Below are positions 13,201 to 23,334 of a stretch of 43,090 bases of DNA, piece by piece (positions within the stretch are counted from its first letter, which is position 1; every line of letters begins with the position of its first letter). The notes under the pieces were generated by a model. That model ran no database searches and was not told where the DNA came from. It saw only the letters and a program-made list of their open reading frames with translations. The DNA is from Squalus acanthias (Eukaryota), in assembly GCA_030390025.1 (NCBI GenBank), contig JASTWF010000495.1, positions 310,001 through 353,090 on the forward strand, in the 5' to 3' direction. The position numbers and the translations under genes were made by a program.

Positions 13201-16200
13201 AGTCCCCCCTCACTCGCCCACTCTCAGTCCCCCCTCACTCGCCCACTCTCAGTCCCCCCTCACTCGCCCACTCTCAGTCCCCCCTCACTCGCCCACTCTC
13301 AGTCCCCCCTCACTCGCCCACTCTCAGTCCCCCCTCACTCGCCCACTCTCAGTCCCCCCTCACTCGCCCACTCTCAGTCCCCCCTCACTCGCCCACTCTC
13401 AGTCCCCCCTCACTCGCCCACTCTCAGTCCCCCCTCACTCGCCCACTCTCAGTCCCCCCTCACTCGCCCACTCTCAGTCCCCCCTCACTCGCCCACTCTC
13501 AGTCCCCCCTCACTCGCCCACTCTCAGTCCCCCCTCACTCGCCCACTCTCAGTCCCCCCTCACTCGCCCACTCTCAGTCCCCCCTCACTCGCCCACTCTC
13601 AGTCCCCCCTCACTCGCCCACTCTCAGTCCCCCCTCACTCGCCCACTCTCAGTCCCCCCTCACTCGCCCACTCTCAGTCCCCCCTCACTCGCCCACTCTC
13701 AGTCCCCCCTCACTCGCCCACTCTCAGTCCCCCCTCACTCGCCCACTCTCAGTCCCCCCTCACTCGCCCACTCTCAGTCCCCCCTCACTCGCCCACTCTC
13801 AGTCCCCCCTCACTCGCCCACTCTCAGTCCCCCCTCACTCGCCCACTCTCAGTCCCCCCTCACTCGCCCACTCTCAGTCCCCCCTCACTCGCCCACTCTC
13901 AGTCCCCCCTCACTCGCCCACTCTCAGTCCCCCCTCACTCGCCCACTCTCAGTCCCCCCTCACTCGCCCACTCTCAGTCCCCCCTCACTCGCCCACTCTC
14001 AGTCCCCCCTCACTCGCCCACTCTCAGTCCCCCCTCACTCGCCCACTCTCAGTCCCCCCTCACTCGCCCACTCAGTCCCCCCTCACTCGCCCACTCTCAG
14101 TCCCCCCTCACTCGCCCACTCTCAGTCCCCCCTCACTCGCCCACTCTCAGTCCCCCCTCACTCGCCCACTCTCAGTCCCCCCTCACTCGCCCACTCTCAG
14201 TCCCCGCTGTCCGTACTGCAGGTATTTCCTCAGCCACTCGATACACTCCACCTCCAGGTAATTCTTCCACCCCAGGTTGCCGACTGTGTCCTGGTCCTTC
14301 CTGTTCTTGATGCTCTCTCCCCATAGGACCGGAGTGACCCACACCAGGTGATCCTTGTCGAAGCTGATGAAGTCTCGCCCGTCCCAGCCGAACTGGACAA
14401 ACCCGCTCGTGGTCCCATCGTCCCTCAGGTCACAGCCAATCATCACCTGGTACGTGTGGATCCCTGTCGATCAAACACACACACAGCCAATCAGACTCAG
14501 TCCCACCGGGAGACCCGCCCCACTGTCCCTCAGCTGGTCAGACACACCTGGGAAGCAGGCGGTATTTAAAGGATCCCCCCCGCCTGTTTCCAGATCTGTG
14601 CATTTAAAGAACCCCCGGAACCCGAGCTATGAACTAAAAACACCGAAAACCAATCTGCATTTTAAAAGACTAAAGACATTGATTTCTAATAAAAGGAACC
14701 AAAGAACATGGGATATAAATTTGAAGGACCCCCCAATTCCTGATCTAAATATTTAAAGGGGCCTCCACCCCCACCCCTCGGTTCCTGATCTGTGTAATTA
14801 AAGGACTGATGTGAGGCCGCTCCCCATTGGTCGCTGCCCCTGGTCTGGGAGATGGAGTGCCTCTTTTCCCGGGGACCCTGGCTCCCTGAGCTCGCTCCAC
14901 TCCACAGCTCGCTCCCCATTCCCACCCGGCCACCCTCAACCCAGAGAAAGAGCCCGATCGCGGCGGGAGGGCGAGGACTCACCTCCCGACTGGTTGGTCC
15001 GGGTCATGAGCATCTGAATCTGTGCCTTGTGATACACCTCCCGTTCCTGAGCGAGCTGAAATTTCCGCTGCCAGGACTCTGGCCCCTCACTCTCCACCAT
15101 CCACTGCTCCCTCGGGATCAACTCCTTCCGATCACTGTCGTACATAACAAACTGGACCTCGTCCACATACCCGACACCCACAAACTGCGGCAGACCGGGA
15201 ATTGGAGTTATGGTGGTAAGGAAATACCGGAGAGAGTGAGAACCTGAAACACAGAGAGAGAGAGAGAGACATCAGGGCAAGAACCCCAGAACACCAACCC
15301 CCCACACATACAGACATCAGGACATGAAGCCAAAAACACCAACCCCACACACACACACACACAGACATCAGGGCAAGAACCCCAAAACACCAACCCCCCA
15401 CACATACAGACATCAGGACATGAACCCCAAAACACCAACCCCCCACACATACAGACATTAGGGCATGAACCCCAAAACACCAACCCCCCACACACACACA
15501 CACAGACATCAGGGCATGAACCCCAAAACACCAACCCCCACCACACAGGAACATCAGGGCATGAACCCCAATATACCAACCCCCACCACACAGGAACATC
15601 AGGGCATGAACCCCAATATACCAACCCCCCCACACACACATACGCTTCAGGGCATGAACCCCAAAACACCAACCCAACACACACACAGAAACATCAGGGC
15701 AACACGATGGCATAGTGGTTAGCCCTGTTGCCTCACAGCGCCAGGGACCCGGTACGAATCCGGCCACGGGTGACTGTCTGTGTGGAGTTTGCACATTCTC
15801 CCCGTGTCTGCGTGGGTTTCCTCCGGGTGCTCCGGTTTCCTCCCACAGTCCAAAGATGTGCGGGTTAGGTTGATTTGGCTACGATAAATTGACCCTCAGT
15901 GTGAGGGGGGGATTAAATACGTGGGGTTACGGGGATAGGGTGGGATATGTGTTGGTGCAGGCTCGATGGGCCGAAATGGCCTCTATCTGCACTGTGGGGA
16001 TTCTGTGATCCCCAAAACACCAAGCCCACACACACACACACACACACAGACATCAGGACATGAAGCCAAAAACACCAACCCCCCACACACACAGACATCA
16101 GGACATGAACCCCAAAACACCAACCCCCCACACACACAGACATCAGGACATGAACACCAACCCCCCACACACACAGACATCAGGACATGAACACCAACCC

Positions 16201-18865
16201 CCCACACACACAGACATCAGGACATGAACCCCAAAACACCAACCCCCCACACACACAGACATCAGGGCTTGAACCCCAAAACACCAACCCCCACACACAC
16301 ACACATCAGGGCTTGAACCCCAAAACACCAACCCCCCCCACACACACACATCAGGGCTTGAACCCCAAAACACCAACCCCCCCCACACACACACATCAGG
16401 ACATGAACCCCAAAACACCAACCCCCCCACACAGACATCAGGGCTTGAACCCCAAAACACCAACCCCCCACACACACACAGACATCAGGACATGAACCCC
16501 AAAACACCAACCCCCCACACACAGACATCAGGGCATGAACCCCAAAACACCAACCCCCCACACACAGATATCAGGGCATGAACCCCAAAACACCAACCCC
16601 CCACACACACAGATATCAGGGCATGGACCCCAAAACACCAACCCCCCCACACACACAGACATCAGGACATGAACCCCAAAACACCAACCCCCCACACACA
16701 CAGACATCAGGACATGAACCCCAAAACACCAACCCCCCACACACACACAGACATCAGGGCATGAACCCCAAAACACCAACCCCCCACACACACACAGACA
16801 TCAGGGCATGAACCCCAAAACACCAACCCCCCCACACACAGACATCAGGGCATGAACCCCAAAACACCAACCCCCCCCACACACAGACATCAGGGCATGG
16901 ACCCCAAAACACCAACCCCACACCCCCAATCCAACAGACAGACAGAGAGAGAGACATCCGGGGCCACCAATCTTCCTCCCAAACCCCGACAGTAATCCCA
17001 ACCCCCCGATGGTAGTCCTGATGAGTCCCGTGTCCTGCAATCTCCCTCCCCGATCCCTGATCAGGGACTCCGAGGCCCACCCGTTCCTCCTCCAGACCCC
17101 CGCGACCCAGGCCCATCCCTTACTGTAACCTGGAGCACTGACCTGCGCGGCCTCCTCCTGAGGTGCCATCTCCAGTGCACTGGGGTCCGAGGCCAAGAAT
17201 CCGCGGGCTTCTCAGACCTCAGTGTTTGAGCGCGGGTTGTTAACACAGTGTTGGGGGCGGGGGGCTCCCGAAGTTAACCCCCAGACACTTGTATATCTCA
17301 GTTTGCTGACGACACTAAGTCAGGTGACCCAGTAAATTGTGTAGATTGGGGCAGCAAGTTGCAAAGGGTCATTGAGAGAGTAAGTGAGCGGGAAAAACTG
17401 TGGCAGATGGACCTCAATGTGGGCAAGTGAGAGCTCATCCACTTTGGAGCTAAGAAAGATCAATCTGAATATATTCTACATGGTGGGAAACTCTGACCTG
17501 TGGAGGAGCACATGGAGAAATCATTAAAAGCCAGTGGACAGGTACAATAAGGATTGGGAAAAGCTCATGGAATGTTGGCCTTTATCTCGAGGGCTGGAAT
17601 ACAAGGGCTGGAAGTTCTGTTACAGCTGGACCGAGTGGTTAGACCCCATCTGGAGTAACTGTGTTCAGTTCTGGGCATCGCATCTCAGGCAGGAGAAACT
17701 GGCCTTGGAGGGAATCCAGCGCAGATTATCCAGAGTGATACCGGGGCTTAGAGGGTTAAATTATGAGGACAGGTTGCATAGACTAGGCTTGTATTCCCTT
17801 GAGTATAGAAGATTGAGGGGGAATCTAATTGAGGTGTTTAAAATGTTACAAGGATTTGATAGAATCAATCTGGGGAAACTAGTGCCTCTGGTGGGTGAAT
17901 CGAGAACGAAGGGACAGAATCTTAAAATTAGAGCCAGACCGCTCAGGAGCGGAATCAGGAAGCACTTTTACACACAAAGGGTAGTGGAAATCTGGATCTG
18001 TCTGCCCCAAAAGGTGTGGATGCTGGGGCTCAACTGGAGCTTTCAAACCTAAGGTCGATGGATTTATGTTAGGTAAGGATATCAGGAATATGGAGCAAAG
18101 GCAGGGAAATGGAGTTAAGATACAAATCAACCAAGATCGAATTGAATGGAGGAACAGCCTCGAGGGGCTGAATGCTCTACTCCTGTTCCTGTGGACCTCT
18201 CTCTCCACTCTCCAGCCCACTGCCCCTGTCCCTCACTCCCCGCCATGGTCTCTCTCTTTCTCCAGCCCCAGTACCCAGCCTGGCACTGAGACCCTCTCAC
18301 ACCCCATTACTCACTGACCGAGGGTTAATGCCCAGTACCCAGCCTGGCACTGAGACCCTCTCACACCCCATGACTCACTGACCGAGGGTTAATGCCCAGT
18401 ACCCAGCCTGGCACTGAGACCCTCTCACACCCCATTACCCACTGACCGAGGGTTAATGCCCAGTACCCAGCCTGGCATTGACCCTCTCACACCCCATTAC
18501 CCACTGACCGAGGGTTAATGCCCAGTACCCAGCCTGGCACTGCCCCTCTCACACCCCATTACTCACTGACCGAGGGTTAATGCCCAGTACCCAGCCTGGC
18601 ACTGCCCCTCTCACACCCCATTACTCACTGACCGAGGGTTAATGCCCAGTACCCAGCCTGGCATTGAGACCCTCTCACACCCCATTACCCACTGACCGAG
18701 GGTTAATGCCCAGTACCCAGCCTGGCACTGCCCCTCTCACACCCCATTACTCACTGACCGAGGGTTAATGCCCAGTACCCAGCCTGGCACTGCCCCTCTC
18801 ACACCCCATTACTCACCTGCAGAGACCCCTCCACACAGAAGGGCCAGCACTATCAGTCCAATCAT
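10211..18865 (-). CDS. MHC class I heavy chain (elasmobranch UAA-like, probably non-classical); join of 7 coding exons, 1032 nt, 343 aa
   Basis: Manual splicing gives 18865-18817, 15243-14983, 14463-14191, 12775-12512, 11367-11263, 10774-10742 and 10257-10211. All introns are phase 1 and the ORF is open. Domains: leader, alpha1 (SHSLRYF..NQS), alpha2 (C..C), alpha3 C1-set, TM and two cytoplasmic exons. Confidence 0.95.
10414..10588. other. Assembly gap (175 N) within an AG-rich repeat in class I intron 6
   Basis: Run of N. Confidence 1.
10742..10774 (-). CDS. MHC class I exon 6, cytoplasmic (VGGKSGYNPTT)
   Basis: 33-nt exon, acceptor ttttacAG, donor A|GTAAGC; carries the conserved class I cytoplasmic Tyr. 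Confidence 0.85.
10855..11105. repeat. Short C-rich imperfect repeat (ccctcacccagagccc) in intron 5
   Basis: About 10 degenerate copies. Confidence 0.7.
11263..11367 (-). CDS. MHC class I exon 5, connecting peptide and transmembrane
   Basis: VPKSESMVPAIVGVIGVLGLLIALSIVAVVIYRKK; (CT)n-AG acceptor, donor G|GTAGGA. Confidence 0.9.
11430..12070. repeat. 27-bp minisatellite in intron 4
   Basis: Unit gtaatatcccaggatccaccgtggact, about 23 near-identical copies. Confidence 0.97.
12151..12482. repeat. 45-bp minisatellite in intron 4
   Basis: Unit ctgtcccgggctgggagctcagcactgaccctccctcctgtgggt, about 7 copies. Confidence 0.9.
12512..12775 (-). CDS. MHC class I exon 4, alpha3 Ig C1-set domain
   Basis: VPPIVSF..LFCVVTGFYP..LPNHDSTYQ..YSCQVEHSGL; polypyrimidine-AG acceptor, donor G|GTAAGA. 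Confidence 0.96.
12833..14205. repeat. 25-bp minisatellite filling intron 3 and overlapping the end of exon 3
   Basis: Unit cactcgcccactctcagtcccccct, about 55 almost identical copies. Confidence 0.98.
14191..14463 (-). CDS. MHC class I exon 3, alpha2 domain
   Basis: GIHTYQVMIGCDLRDDG..FGWDGRDFISFDKD..YLEVECIEWLRKYLQYGQRGLRV; conserved Cys pair; the only phase-compatible donor at the exon end is GTGG|GCGAGT. Confidence 0.93.
14983..15243 (-). CDS. MHC class I exon 2, alpha1 domain
   Basis: GSHSLRYFLTTITPIPGLPQFVGVGYVDEVQFVMYDSDRKELIPREQWMVESEGPESWQRKFQLAQEREVYHKAQIQMLMTRTNQSG; acceptor tgtttcAG, donor G|GTGAGT; N86 sequon NQS. Confidence 0.96.
15268..16922. repeat. ~43-45-bp minisatellite in intron 1 (acceptor side)
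   Basis: Unit cagacatcagggcatgaaccccaaaacaccaaccccccacacaca with variable CA tract. Confidence 0.92.
15697..16009 (+). mobile_element. V-SINE (HE1-like) inserted into the intron-1 minisatellite
   Basis: tRNA-like head, V-domain tgtgtggagtttgcacattctccccgtgtctgcgtgggtttcctccgggtgctccggtttcctcccacagtccaaagatgtg, CR1-like tail. Confidence 0.9.
17285..18192 (+). mobile_element. Decayed CR1 RT and 3' end in intron 1
   Basis: FADDTK, GLYSLEYRRLRGNLIEVFK, HFYTQRVVEIW. Confidence 0.88.
18265..18816. repeat. 62-64-bp minisatellite starting at the exon-1 splice donor
   Basis: Minus-strand unit GTGAGTAATGGGGTGTGAGAGGGGCAGTGCCAGGCTGGGTACTGGGCATTAACCCTCGGTCA, about 9 copies. Confidence 0.93.
18817..18865 (-). 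CDS. MHC class I exon 1, signal peptide MIGLIVLALLCGGVSA
   Basis: ACAATGA start, hydrophobic 16-mer ending V-S-A, donor CAG|GTGAGT, located downstream of TATA-like, CCAAT and XY elements. Confidence 0.9.
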
Positions 18866-19060
18866 TGTTGCTTCCCTCGACAGGCTGTGAGGAGCAGTTT
18901 ACGGACAATCCTTTTCCAAGCGAGCAGCTCAGACCGTCATCTGTGCCCAGTGCGGACCGTGTGAGTCCTGAGCCCTGCTCTGATTCTGTGCCTCAGCCTG
19001 TGCCCTGGGTCTGTGGTTCCTGAGCCCTGCGCTCTGAGTCTGAGCAGCGCCCTGGACTGA

Positions 19061-19114
19061 CTATATTAAACCAGCAGATGTTCCTGGGCGCTCAGACACC
19101 TCCGTACTGATTGG
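19061..19114 (-). promoter_or_regulatory. Core promoter of class I gene: CCAAT box and TATA-like element
   Basis: AACCAATCAG (CCAAT at 19114-19110) about 40 bp upstream of TTTAATATAG (19070-19061), about 200 bp before the ATG. Confidence 0.6.
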
Positions 19115-19239
19115 TTCGACGTATGTTTGTGTCCAACCAGAATAAAACCAGGCTGGGAGTCGGCAGGCTCCGGGTAGGAGAGTCCCAGAGAGCACGAGTT
19201 ATAGAGTCAGAAATAAACTTTCCAAACATCGTGAACTGT

Positions 19240-19281
19240 CCAATCAGAGAAATACTGCTAGGCACGTCATCAGTTGCCAGG
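19240..19281 (-). promoter_or_regulatory. MHC X1-X2-Y enhanceosome module
   Basis: X1 CCTGGCAACTGATG (19281-19268; compare HLA-DRA CCTAGCAACAGATG), overlapping X2/CRE TGACGTG, Y box CTGATTGG (19247-19240), 20-bp X-Y spacing. Confidence 0.85.
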
Positions 19282-19312
19282 CAGGATGAGCTGAACTGAA
19301 ATAAGTTTGATG

Positions 19313-19326
19313 CAGAAAGTGACAGA
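19313..19326 (-). promoter_or_regulatory. Degenerate ISRE-like site
   Basis: + strand GAAAGTGACA, one mismatch to GAAAGTGAAA, at the usual position upstream of the X box. Confidence 0.35.
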
Positions 19327-19329
19327 GGG

Positions 19330-19900
19330 AAGAACATGAGGAACAGGAGGAGGCCATTCAGCCCCTCTGGTCTGCTCCGCCATTCAATTAGATCACTGGC
19401 TGATCTGTATCTTTACTCCATTTTCACGGCTTTTTCCATCTCCCTTGATACCGTTACCCAAAAAAATCGATCAATCTTAGTCTTAAACACTCCAGTGGGA
19501 CCAACACCCACAGCCTTTGGGGGAGAGAGTTCCAAATGTTTACTACCCTTTGTGAAAATCTGCTTCCTGATTTCCCTCTGAAACAGCCCAGCTCTAATTT
19601 TAAGATTAAGTCCCCTTGTTCTTGATTCCCCCACCACAGGAAATAGATTAGATCGCCCCTCAACCTTCGATACTCAAGGGAATACAAGACAAGTTTACAC
19701 AACCTCCCTTTAAGCCCTGGTATAATTCCGGTCAATCTGAGCTGCTCCCCCTCCAAGGTCAATCTATCCTTCCTGAGGTGTGGTGTCCAGAACTGAACAC
19801 AGTTACTCCAGATGGGGTCTGACCAAGGCTCTGGACACCTGAAGCATCACTTCCTCCACTTTGTATTCCAGCCCCCTCGAGATAAAGGCCAACATCCCAT
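19330..19900 (-). mobile_element. CR1 3' fragment abutting the class I promoter
   Basis: RALVRPHLE, YSLEYRRLRGDLI, QRVVNIWNSLP, 3' tail. Confidence 0.85.
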
Positions 19901-20320
19901 TGGACAGACTGGTGAAATGGGCGGACACATGGCAGATGAAATGCAATGCAGAGAAGTGTTTAAGTGCTGCATCCTGGAAGGAATAATGAGGAGAGGCAAT
20001 ATAAACTAAATGGTACAATTGTAAAGGTGGAGCAGGAACAGAGACACCTGGGAGTGAACGTACACCGATCATTGAAGGTGGCAGGACAAGTTGATAAGGC
20101 TGTTAAAAAAGCCATTTGGGATCCTTGTCTTTATAAATAGAGACAGAAGCAAGGAAGTTATGCTAAACGTTTATAAATCACTGATTAGGCCCCAGCTGGA
20201 GTATTGTGTCCAATTCGGGGCCACACTTTAGGAAGGATGTCAAGGCCTTGGAGAGGGTGCAGAGGAGATTTACTCGAATGGTACCAGGGATGAGGGACTT
20301 CAGTTACGTGAAGAGATTAT
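19900..20320 (+). mobile_element. CR1 RT fragment, opposite orientation
   Basis: WADTWQMKCNAEKC; YKSLIRPQLEYCVQF. Confidence 0.75.
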
Positions 20321-20552
20321 TCAGTGACCAAGTTTTGTGGGTGCTTTTTTCAGACGTGTGAGATTTATTTAATGTTATTTTGAGTTGTGCACTGCCCTGA
20401 CTGAACCAGCAAGGTCCCACCACCAGTGGGAGGGAAATTTTGAGCAACTTGATTGACTTTGAAATTGAGTGACAGATTTAATTGGCCAATGATTTCTCAT
20501 TGTACTTTATGCTCGATTCTTCACATTTAGTCAGTCAGATATTTGATTAGCA

Positions 20553-20968
20553 GTGGGTCCGGTAGCATAGTGGTTAGGTCACTGGACTAGTAATCCAGTA
20601 AACTGGAACTAATGATGTGAGTTCAAATCCCACCATGGCAGCTGGGAAATTTCAAATTGAACTTTTTTAAATAAATCTGGACTTTTAAGAAAAAGCTAGT
20701 TTCAGTAATAGTAAACATGAAACTACTGGATTGTCATTAAAAACCCATCTGGTCCACGAATGTCCTTTAGGGAAGGAAATCTGCCGTCCTTACCCGGTCT
20801 GGCCTATATGTGACTCCAGACCCACAGCAATGTGTTTGACTCTTAACTGCCCTCTGAAATGGCCGAGCAAGTCACTCAGTTGTATTCAAGAAGTGGCTCA
20901 CCACCACCTTCTCAAGGGCAATCAGAGATGGGCAATAAATGCTGTCCTCGCCAGCGACGCCCACATCT
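20553..20968 (+). mobile_element. tRNA-derived SINE sharing its 3' tail with the LINE at 8528-9000
   Basis: A box TAGCATAGTGG, B box GAGTTCAAATCC; tail ggctcaccaccaccttctcaagggcaat..gggcaataaatgctg. Confidence 0.8.
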
Positions 20969-21630
20969 CTGAGGTGTGACACTCTGAGGAGTTACTTTCT
21001 GTGGTTTGATACCTTGAGTGACATTCTGAGGCTGAACACAGAAGCTGGGATCGGGAGATGATTCTGGGCCAAGTCTGGTGCAGTTGTGACTCGCACACTG
21101 TGAGTGGGAGTCCCGTGCTCGATGCAAGGGTTACAGAATGAGTAAACATTAGCTTCTCAGAAGAAGCTGGACTGCAGCCAGTGCAGAGACTGTGGACTGT
21201 GACAGGGGATTGCCAGGGTTGTGTAACAGTATTGTGTTGACCTCAGCGGGCAGGATTCAAGCCCTGATACTCGGCTACATGTTAGAACAACAGTTTCAAA
21301 TTATTCACAGGGTGTGAGGTGTCCTGGGGACATGAACCGTGCTGTATAGACGTGGATTTGATCAACAACTTTATAAAACTTACTTCAGTGACTTTCCAAC
21401 AGAGATAAACACAAGGGAGGGGCAGCGAGCAGACAAGGACGTGGGTGGGACCAGACACAACTAGACATAGCAACCAAGGAGAGTGAGGAGAGTGTGTGCA
21501 GGGTCATAGTGAAATGGAGGAGGGTTAGAACATGTAGACTGCAGGCAATCAAACCTCTGAAACAGCTCTCTGCTCAGTCCCATTCCCAGCCCTTCCCCCA
21601 TTCACCCATCACACTGTGCCCACCCCCCCC

Positions 21631-23200
21631 CCAGTAATAAACCGTAGACCCAGTAATAAACCGTACACCAGAAATATACCGTACACCCAGTAATATACCG
21701 TACACCCAGTAATAAACCGTACACCCAGTAATAAACCGTACACCCAGTAATAAACCGTACACCAGAAATATACCGTACACCCAGTAATATACCGTACACC
21801 AGTAATATACCGTACACCCAGTAATAAACCGTACACCCAGTAATATACCGTACACCCAGTAATATACCGTACACCCAGTAATATACCGTACACCCAGTAA
21901 TATACCGTACACCCAGTAATATACCGTACACCCAGTAATATACCGTACACCCAGTAATATACCGTACACCCAGTAATATACCGTACACCCAGAAATAAAC
22001 CGTACACCAGATCAACCGTACAGAAACCGTCACAGAATATAAACCGCACACCCAGAAATAAACCGTACACCTAGTAATAAACCGCACACCCAGAAATAAA
22101 CCGCACACCCAGAAATAAACCGCACACCCAGTAATAAACCGTACACCCAGTAATAAACCGTACACCCAGTAACAAACAATACATCAAGTAATAAACAATA
22201 CATCAAGTAATAAACCGCACACCCAGAAATAAACCGTACACCCAGAAATAAACCGTACACCAGTAATAAACCGCACACCCAGAAATAAACCGCACACCCA
22301 GAAATAAACCGTACACCAGTAATAAACCGCACACCCAGAAATAAACCGCACACCCAGTAATATACCGTACACCCAGAAATAAACCGTACACCTAGTAATA
22401 AACCGTACACCCAGTAATAAACCGTACACCCAGTAATAAACCGTACACACAGAAATAAACCATACACTCAGTAATTTACCGTACACCCAGTAATATACCG
22501 TACACCCAGTAATATACCGTACACCCAGTAATATACCGTACACCCAGTAATATACCGTACACCCAGAAATATACCGTACACCCAGTAATAAACCGTACAC
22601 CCAGTAATATACCGTACACCCAGAAATATACCGTACACCCAGTAATATACCGTACACCCAGTAATAAACCGTACACCCAGTAATAACCGTACACCCAGAA
22701 ATAAACCGTACACCCAGTAATAAACCGTACACCCAGTAACAAACAGTACATCAAGTAATAAACCGCACACCCAGAAATAAACCGTACACCCAGAAATAAA
22801 CCGTACACCCAGTAATAAACCGCACACCCAGTAATAAACCGCACACCCAGTAATAAACCGCACACCCAGTAATATACCGTACACCCAGAAATAAACCGTA
22901 CACCTAGTAATAAACCGTACACCCAGTAATAAACCGTACACACAGAAATAAACCATACACTCAGTAATATACCGTACACGCAGGAATATACCGTACATCC
23001 AGTAATATACCGTACATCCAGTAACATACCGTACACCCAGTATTATACCGTACACCCAGTAATATACCGTACACCCAGAAATATACTGTACATCCAGTAA
23101 TATACCGTACACCCAGTAATATACCGTACATCCAGTAATATACCGTACACCCAGTAATATACCGTACACCCAGTAATATACCATACACCCAGTAATAAAC
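21631..23200. repeat. 19-bp minisatellite
   Basis: Unit acacccagtaatataccgt and variants, about 80 copies. Confidence 0.95.
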
Positions 23201-23334
23201 AGGGCTTTTACAAAAGCAAAGAACAGTAGAGATCCCGTGGACTGAGTGAGATATAAAGAACAGCAAAGGGATGCACAGAAAGTAGTAAGAGCTGCAAAAA
23301 AGTAATATGAGGAACATGAAGGACACTCCCTCAT

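Noticed and set aside
12770-14326. 518-aa Pro/Ser-rich ORF, and similar ORFs at 9056-9931, 11277-12447, 15132-16811, 21574-23355 and 39462-41806
   Set aside because: Translations of stop-poor tandem repeats, often open in several frames.
15697-15770. tRNA-like sequences (also ~6770-6841 and ~20553-20640)
   Set aside because: They are SINE heads followed by SINE bodies, with no complete cloverleaf.
16935-17280. GC-rich unique stretch in intron 1 with short ORFs
   Set aside because: No recognisable homology or convincing splice pair; probably a repeat remnant.
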